18,385 nt of DNA, from assembly GCA_016748015.1 (NCBI GenBank), contig JAAOMT010000676.1, forward strand, positions 7,408 through 25,792, given 5' to 3'. Position 1 is the first letter of the stretch. Each line of letters begins with the position of its first letter. This DNA comes from Geosiphon pyriformis uo1 (Eukaryota > Fungi > Glomeromycota). The notes under the pieces were generated by a model. It ran no database searches. It saw nothing but the letters and a program-made list of their open reading frames with translations, and was not told the DNA's origin. Positions 11,346 through 18,385 of the stretch are shown in pieces. The position numbers and the translations under genes are program-made.

Positions 11346-11499
11346 TTTTGGAAACAAGTATAAGATAAAAGTGCTCAAGTAAAGCAAATGGTTGTCTGCA
11401 CAGAAAATTATTTTTAAAGAGTGTTAATCTAAGTTCGAAAGTCGATGCACTACAACCACTCTACAAGTAATGCTTATATACTTGCAATCAAACATGAAA

Positions 11500-14400
11500 A
11501 TGGGCAATTATGGCAAATCTGTTATGGATTTTCTAACTATGTTATTGTAAGAACTCTTTTCACAAACCTCATTACTGAATTTTGAAATGGTAATATTAGT
11601 AGTAATAAGTATTGAATCAAAAAGATCCTGAATTTCATCAATTACCTTTGACTTATATGATGAAAGAACTGGAGCTATAGGACAATATTCAGAATTATCT
11701 AACTTCCTAGCTATTACTTCTTGATTATTAAAGCCAGCTTCACAATATAGGTTGCAATCAATCCAATATGTTTTTTTCTATACTTGATGTCTTTTAGAAC
11801 CTACACAAATTGTACTACTCTTAATAGTATAACCACACCAACTACTCATTACTGCATTAATAAATTTTATTGTAGTATTGAGATTGGGCAATCTTTTAGC
11901 TCTGGTCTTAAAACCAAAGAGTAACAATACATCTTCTCAAATTTTAACAATTTTTTCCCATGATTGCTCGAAAGTCTTAGCCATATCATTACCAGAAAGA
12001 ATATTTATATCATCTATATCTCTAAAACCTATTGATTGGACAAGATTATGTACTGCTTCTTATTGTTTTGCTGAATAAAATTTATGCAAATTGACTGAAG
12101 ATGGATCCATAGATTCATGTGAATTTTTTCATTGCATTTTTTCTTTGATTTTTAGATTTTCTATAGCTTTTGTTGCATTGAAACCTTGTCTTCTAAAATA
12201 TGCCAGCTTTCTAAAATGTTGTAAAAATTCAGAATTATTGAATTTTTTTACAAAATCTATATTACAAAGCTTAATCCAATTATCATTATTTATACTCCAG
12301 TTTTGAATATCATCTTTGCCACCAATATTACCTAAAGCATATGTTCTCCATAAATAATAACATTGTAAAGTCATGTTATCAGCAAAAAAACATATAAGAT
12401 TTTGCTTAAAAATTTCAGCTTTATTGAGACTAATATCTGAAGCATTTGCTATTGATTCTGTATCCAAGCTTTTATATTTTTCTTAATATTCTTAATAGTA
12501 TGAGAAATTTCATTTTTGTTAACTTTTTCAGTATCTTCTGCCAAAATTAATTCAAGAGTTGTTCCAGTACTAGCAATAAGACTACAAAGAATCTCAGAAA
12601 AATATTTGGCCAATAAGCGTCTTTCATATTCGACCTTAATATAAGTCTATGGCTGGAGATAAATCAAGTATATAACAGTCATTAATTTTATTCCATTTAC
12701 AATGTTCTTTTATAACAGTTGACAAGTCCCCAGGTCTCAGAACAAAAAGTTCAGCATGAATGAGATCACAATTCAGTTCTTTGAAAATGCCAGTTTTTTT
12801 ATTATTATAGAGAGAAATAATATGATATGGACAATTGCAAACTCAATAAAACATTTGTGCAAAAGCTTTAGCATATACTCTTGTATTAATATTACTTATT
12901 TCTATAACTGCATCAAAATGATTGGAAATTTCAAAAAAGATGCCAGCTTCTACAATACTTGTATAAACCACACAATCAAGACTACTCCAAGTAGTATTAA
13001 TATCGGCAAAGTCATCTTGCCATTGCTTTCCATCCATTTGGCCAAAATAAATTCATGATAAAATGTGTGAGCCATCTGGTTTTTGTAATTTAGAAGCTTA
13101 GTTTGCCAAAGCTTGTGCTTTTTTGCATGAGATCATTAAAAAAGCAACTCATTTACCTTTCTGAAGCATCTTAAGACTCCTATGTATAGCTTCTGATTCT
13201 TTATTTAAATCATAAAGAATTTTAATAGTCTCATCTTTACATGGCTTATATTTGTTATATCTCCATCTCGATATTGTTTTAAAAAGTTTAAAGTCAATTT
13301 GTTTGCAATTGTATCCATAGAAATAACATGAACAGCTGATTTTAATAAATTCCACATAGCATTTTCAAATTTATGTGCATGAACTCTACTAGACATTTGA
13401 TGTATAATAGTATTATTTTTGTCTAAGATAACTACATAAAAATGCCTTCCATAGAAATTAAGATAATGGGTACTTTCAACTTGGACAATAATAACGTATA
13501 GCTAAATTACCCTTATTTTCCTGATAATGGCATATATAAAGTTCTGAATTTTGCAATATTTCAACTCTAGCTTTAGTCTTATTGTTAAAAGTTTTACGAT
13601 ATGAAATCCAATTAAAACAAGGCAAATTTGCTCTATTTTTGGCTAAAAAATCAAGAATTTCTCTTAGTGTTTTTGTTTTGTTACTAGCAACAAATGAGCA
13701 AATAAGAGTTGTAGTGAGATTCTCACTTAAGAAATCAGGGTAAGCTTTTGGTGCATCTTTCATTTTCTTTACATTAATGATTTTTTCAGATAATTCAACA
13801 AGTGGGCGTGGGTGTTTTACAGCATTGAGTAATCTTTTAATTAATCCCCACTTAGGCTTTTCTTTTGACTCAACTTTGTTGGATACTTTATTGAAACTAA
13901 GGCCCTTGTAATCTGGTTTGTATTGTTTTTGGCAATAACACTTAAGTATAAAATACCCATTTTTTCGAATAAATCCATAGAGTTGATTCTTATCATATTT
14001 AATATCACATATAGGGCATTCTTTAACAGATTGTGCTTCAAAGTTGATGAACCCCTTCTCAGTTCTTCCAATTTGGAGCCACCTATATTTTGCAATAACT
14101 AAATTGGCTTCCTCAACCAAGATATTTTCATCATTGATAGGTTGAGATTCTTGTTTTACTGGCTTCTCTGGAAAAAAGATTCATGGCCAGATTTCAGAAT
14201 AATTCTCTTTAGGTTGAACTAAATAATCCTCCAGCTTTTGAAATCCATTTTAGACTGAAGAGATTGTGAGTCTTTTAATTCTACTTTCTTTTGCCAATCC
14301 AAGTAACCAAAGATTGAAATGTTTTTTGGGAAGACCAATATCAATGAACTTTGAATAAGATTTCCCAACTAATTTAATAACTTTTTCTGTAAAACCCTTA

Positions 14401-15011
14401 AGTTTTCTATAATCCACAAATTGGGCCTGAAGATAAATAATATGCCAACTACATTTATTGGCATTCGATGAACTTGCTAATGCAAAAGAATTTAAGAAAG
14501 GTATACAGTCTGGTATAAGGCTTAATGTATCTGCATAAGTGACTAAAATTCGAGACATTAAATCCTCATGAGTAATTTTTTCACTATCTAGAAAAGAAAG
14601 TTTAGAATCAGAGGGATTAGGCTTTTGTCTTGCATCAATATCAATTATTAAATGAAGAGGCTGATTTCTATCAATACATTTATGAGTGTTAGGCATTCCA
14701 TAAACTTTGGTAGGATGATCAATCACTGTATAACCTTTTCCTGCCATCCGAATTATATATTGAGAATAAATCTCTTCTGATCAATATGCCTCTAAAAGTG
14801 CCGTATTGTTTCTATTAGCAGAGCTGGCACGACCATTTGATGCAAGCCAATATTTATAATATGTATGTCCTCTATGGCTAGGTTTATAATCAAGATCAGT
14901 TAAACTCGTGAGAAGCTTTTTTGCTTTATTATATTCAGCCAATTTTTGATTTAGGCACTGTTGTTGTAACGATTCACATAGATGTTTTTTTGCCTCACTA
15001 GACAAATTCAT
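11500..15011 (-). pseudogene. AEP (PrimPol-like) primase + Zn finger + herpes UL9-like SF2 origin-binding helicase fusion, ~1150 codons, disrupted
   Basis: ORFs 14781-15011, 14250-14747 and 13476-14120 share one frame, separated only by point stops. AEP motifs: LIIDID, KCSWHII, FIDIGL..HFNLWL. Zn finger: CPIC..(Y/H)...LKCYC. Helicase: SFVASNKTK (decayed Walker A), ISYRKTF (Ia), IVQVESTH, VVILDK (Walker B, E>K), MDTIAN (III), VVYTSIVEAGIFFE..HFD (V), AQMFY* (VI). A readable C-terminal region continues to ~11500, and the 3' end is approximate. Confidence 0.85.
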
Positions 15012-15196
15012 TTTATTGATTTGTATATGCGTGTTGTTTGATCTGACAAAAAGTATATATAATAATATTTTGTAACTATAATAACTAGTAGATAAATCTT
15101 TAAAATAAAAATTAATTATTCTCTATTCTTTTTCGGAATGCACTTTGCCAAGAAAAAATATAAATTTGATTCACAAGATTATTATATACAATTACG

Positions 15197-15481
15197 ATGG
15201 TATTTTATCATTGCCCATATATCCATAGAACTGGAAAAATCTGTGGTCAAAGTAGTTATAGATCAGAAGAATGCTATGTTCATTGGAAATCTCCAGTACG
15301 TACTCCTTGTAGAGATTGTGATAAGCTAAATAGTTCTATACATAATGCATGCTATAAACATGTAGGCAAATATCAAAGTAGAGAGAATTATCGCAGAAAA
15401 AAGTGGGATGAATTACATGCAAAAATTGTTATGCTTGAGAATCATATACCTGACTTACCCAATTCTAGACATGAAGTATAA
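15197..15481 (+). CDS. Small Cys/His-rich protein with two CCCH-type Zn-finger-like motifs and a basic helical tail (94 aa)
   Basis: C-x9-C-x9-C-x2-H (CPYIHRTGKIC...CYVH) and C-x2-C-x10-C-x2-H (CRDC...CYKH). The ORF is intact. Confidence 0.7.
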   Translation: MVFYHCPYIHRTGKICGQSSYRSEECYVHWKSPVRTPCRDCDKLNSSIHNACYKHVGKYQSRENYRRKKWDELHAKIVMLENHIPDLPNSRHEV

Positions 15482-15489
15482 TCATATAC

Positions 15490-15660
15490 TTAGCATATAT
15501 CAATAATTTTTTGGATGACCTCTTTGAGTAAAGCTATATCCTCTTTGATCTTATTGATATTTTCAGCAATCTTATTACATAGAGCTATGGATTCTATAAT
15601 CTTATTTTGAGAAAAATGATATTTTGTGCCTGATTGATCTCGTGTCTTACTCATATCCAT
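15490..15660 (-). CDS. 56-aa predicted coiled-coil microprotein (not in the supplied ORF track)
   Basis: MDMSKTRDQSGTKYHFSQNKIIESIALCNKIAENINKIKEDIALLKEVIQKIIDIC*. Heptad I/L periodicity. It ends 8 bp from the stop of the convergent Zn-finger ORF. Confidence 0.5.
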   Translation of the reverse strand: MDMSKTRDQSGTKYHFSQNKIIESIALCNKIAENINKIKEDIALLKEVIQKIIDIC

Positions 15661-15800
15661 TTTCCGATAGAATTACATTAACCACAACCCATTCAATTTT
15701 TGGGTATAGATATACCGACTCACAAATAATTAATTTTCGATTTGAAAGAATAAGTAGGTTAATGTATAATCACAATTTACTTATCTAATATATTATCAAT

Positions 15801-16995
15801 ATGACCATGATAACTGCCCAAAAAACCCGAAACCCCAAAACTAATAGCTTTACCTCCATTTTGGATCAGATCCTAAATAAATATAACCTATTAACTGAAT
15901 CAAACCCACTTCAATTACATGCTCATGCCAATAAGCTTGGTACTATGCTACCAGATTGGAAGGCTCATAAAGATGTGAAAGAGGCTCTCCATCGGCGCCT
16001 ATTCAAAGAAAATCAAATAGAAGCTCTTGTACCAGACAAAAGGGGGAAAAAGCTTACTGTCAAGAAAAGAGCTCAATATTGTGCAAAAACTGGAGATGTA
16101 TCAGATATTTGGTTACATGTCTTAAACTTAGCTGTCCCAAAAAATAATACAGATAAGGCGATTGTGGCAGCCAGTTCCTGTCTTTTGCAATTTTGTAAAG
16201 AATTAGCAGAAGCTGGAGTTGATCCCGAGCAAATTAATACATATGCCAAATTACCAGATATTACTCGAGCTTCTAATCAGTCGACCTAAAATGCCTAAAC
16301 ACTTCTCCTTAGAAGAAGAGCTTAAAAGACTTCAGAATATCCATACCACTGAGATCCTCACTCTACAAAATCTTGCAGATGTAATCATGATGTTGAGCAT
16401 GAGACTTGCTGAAGCAACTACTCTTCGTATTATCTATTATGAGCCTGACAAATCAAATCCTCTGGAATGGTATAATCCCGATTACTTTTGGTATTGTACT
16501 GGGTATATTAAAAATAAAGAAGAAGCAAAAAACAATTCTGAGCCTCGACCATTTCTATCCATGGAAAAGAATCCAAAGCGTGCAAAAGAATTGCTTACCT
16601 GGATTCAAAATACAATAGCGATTGGAAAGTTGCGTGATCCTGTCTATAGTATTAATGGAAAACGTAGTACAGGTATATTTAGTAAATTTTTAAAGCCATA
16701 TGGCATTACAACTAAAAGATTAAGAAAAATCGGAGGTAAACATGCTTCTAGAGTTCATGGTGGTCAAAATCCAACTTCACAACATCTCACTTTCCTCAGC
16801 AGGATTGCAATAAGGCATAGGATGGATCGTCATAATCCTGGAATGTATTATGCCGAGGGTGATACTTCCAATTCTGATCTTGACTCAGATCTAGAGCCTG
16901 AACCCGAAACTCAAGCTTTTATAACTAAACCAATTGATAAAAAGACTTCTACATCTGAAATTAAGGATATCTATGACTTATATGGGAATATCTAG
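15801..16995 (+). pseudogene. Tyrosine-recombinase-fold protein, telomere resolvase/protelomerase-like, split by one frameshift near 16280
   Basis: ORF 15801-16289 (helical N-terminus) overlaps ORF 16219-16995. Candidate catalytic residues: R in MRLAE (16402), K in TGYIKNK (16510), KxxR in KRLRKIG (16714-16725), H in AIRH (16816), Y in GMYY (16846-16851). Acidic tail. Confidence 0.7.
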
Positions 16996-17181
16996 ATTAG
17001 TGATATAATTAATTATTAATTGTCAGATGCGATATGTTTACTAACCACGCTTTTTTGCTTTCACCACATTCACAGTAAAATCTTTATTATCATTGCCGGA
17101 GGTAATCACTTTGTAGCTAAACAATTCAGAGTTAGACCCAGACCCAGATGAAGACAAGGATGAAGATGCAACATCATTTAA

Positions 17182-17544
17182 AAATCTCTTTTTTCTTTTA
17201 GCCTTAGATGGTATGGAGACAATAACAAGCCCACAGGGGACTTTTCGAGTCATAACACCAGCCCCACTAAAAATGACCCATCTAGGTCTGATTTATCAAT
17301 AGAGGAGATCACGAATACAATTAAGAAAATTCTTTCAGATGTTGAAGATAAGTCGGGTTCTTCTGATTCTTGCTTACAGCAAAATAAAAGCAAGAAAAAT
17401 AAGGTCAAGTATTTCATCATAGAATCGGAATCAGATACTAACTCTGATAATTCTGAATCAAGCACTTCTTCATCTACTTCGGGATCAGAAGATACACATG
17501 TATATAAGAGTGTGCAATGTCGCAAAGTAAAAAAGAAAAATTAA
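17182..17544 (+). other. Stop-free Ser/Asp/Lys-rich low-complexity frame without an ATG (gene fragment or terminal exon)
   Basis: Reads ...RWYGDNNKPTGDFSSHNTSPTKNDPSRSDLSIEEITNTIKKILSDVEDK...ESESDTNSDNSESSTSSSTSGSEDTHVYKSVQCRKVKKKN*. A pyrimidine tract plus AG at ~17185-17201 could be a splice acceptor. Confidence 0.4.
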
Positions 17545-17810
17545 TTATAACCACATCGTAACCGCGAAACCACATCACGTTATAATGGGCCGATGTCATG
17601 TGTTTTAAATCCGCGAATCAGAGATCAGCATAGAAGTTCATGGAACATGCCAATAAAAAACCCTTGATGGGTCATAATCTATATATTTATTGCTGAGCAA
17701 TGACTCGAAGAGTCTACACGAAAATCTTTATTTAACCAGTGATTATCTGATATATTTACATTTTAAAACCGCTAACTCTATATAATTATTTTTGCTATAT
17801 AAGTATCGAA

Positions 17811-17869
17811 TTATATCCCATCGGGTAGTGGATCCTCTGCTTTCAACCCACGTCTGGCACGCGATAAAT
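17811..17869 (-). CDS. Predicted last exon of the TET/JBP-like gene (DLSRARRGLKAEDPLPDGI*)
   Basis: 102-bp AT-rich intron 17870-17971 with GTAAGT donor, GCTAA branch-like site and TTTACAG acceptor. A phase-1 splice gives an open, GC-richer exon ending in TAA at 17811-17813. Confidence 0.65.
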
Positions 17870-17971
17870 CTGTAAAGAGTAACGATTATAAATAGCGATT
17901 TTTTAGCAATACATATAATACAATAAAAGGATTAATACGAACGTATTAGCCCATGTGAAATAATTACTTAC

Positions 17972-18385
17972 CAATATTTCCTCGTCTTTTATCGCAAGAT
18001 CTTTCTGGTATCTTGGTTTGACTTTTTTTCGGTTGGGAGAGTGTGATTCGGTTATTCAGATCTCGTACATCATTGAGATCTTGTTGAGAAATCATAGAAA
18101 CAAGCGTCCCACGTGCGTCCCTCTCGACCCCATCCTTGAGATCGTTGTAAACCGAGGAAAAGTCACGCAAATTATGAAAGAACGAAGCATGAACGAAATA
18201 CACTATGCTATGCCGAATTCCTTTCGTTACGGGAAAATTGCCGTGGAGTAGGAGACGTGAAGAAAATGCTACAATCTGGCCTAGCCTTAGCGGAATTACG
18301 ATCTGAAGTTGTGGAAAACAAAGTTCGCCCCCCTCGAAATCGCCCAATGCGACCAAGCAACATAAACTATTCGGCTCGTCGTGCT
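17972..18385 (-). CDS. TET/JBP-like 2OG-Fe(II) dioxygenase, penultimate exon (5' part lies beyond the window)
   Basis: The frame is open to the window edge: HDEPNSLCCLVALGDFEGGELCFPQLQIVIPLRLGQIVAFSSRLLLHGNFPVTKGIRHSIVYFVH. It shows GG.L, the distal His and the RxSxVxF 2OG-binding motif of the DSBH fold. The HxD motif is expected just outside the window. Ends at donor G|GTAAGT (17972/17971). Confidence 0.75.

Larger units (their letters stand above)
11500..16995. mobile_element. Putative endogenised virus/plasmid-like replicative element (primase-helicase + ZnF + coiled-coil + YR/protelomerase)
   Basis: Four tightly packed genes in alternating orientation (- + - +) with no evident introns, spacers of 185, 8 and 140 bp, and replication/recombination functions. 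Termini were not identified. Confidence 0.6.

Noticed and set aside
11878-14095. ORFs 11878-12078, 12091-12306, 12756-13058 (+) and 13841-14095 (-)
   Set aside because: Antisense or alternate-frame shadows of the primase-helicase pseudogene.
8690-15011. Alternative genetic code or organellar/endobacterial origin to explain in-frame stops
   Set aside because: All three stop types occur along with frameshifts and degraded catalytic motifs, and the nuclear TE context and spliceosomal intron point to pseudogenisation.
17003-17020. ATAATTAATTAT palindrome after the YR stop as a protelomerase target site
   Set aside because: Only 12 bp and pure A/T, so expected by chance here; known target palindromes are considerably longer.
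17041-18251. ORFs 17041-17253 (-), 17250-17525 (-) and 18018-18251 (+)
   Set aside because: Most likely antisense to the Ser/Asp-rich + frame and to the TET/JBP-like gene; no motifs.

Overview
Very AT-rich, repeat-dominated eukaryotic DNA. It is most likely from an arbuscular-mycorrhizal/Glomeromycotina fungus: the decayed retroelement peptides remind me of Geosiphon pyriformis repeats, which is a recollection and not a database result. Left to right: (i) 1-1761, nested LTR-retrotransposon pieces (two related LTRs, a PBS folded into a hairpin, a decayed gag-like frame); (ii) ~2100-8520, a transposon graveyard stripped of C/G (LINE-like remnants, a solo LTR with a 4-bp TSD); (iii) 8529-11345, a decayed TTAGGG tract joined to the 3' end of an endonuclease-less Penelope-like retroelement, as expected for telomere-primed insertion; (iv) ~11500-16995, a compact module with no evident introns: AEP primase-Zn finger-UL9-like helicase, a small CCCH Zn-finger ORF, an unlisted 56-aa coiled-coil ORF, and a tyrosine recombinase with protelomerase-like motifs. 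This is the best candidate for an undescribed system, a fossil hairpin-ended linear replicon or self-replicating YR element; (v) 17811-18385, the 3' part of an apparently intact, CpG-rich, spliced TET/JBP-like 2OG-Fe(II) dioxygenase gene. All family calls come from manual translation and motif recognition; no searches were run.
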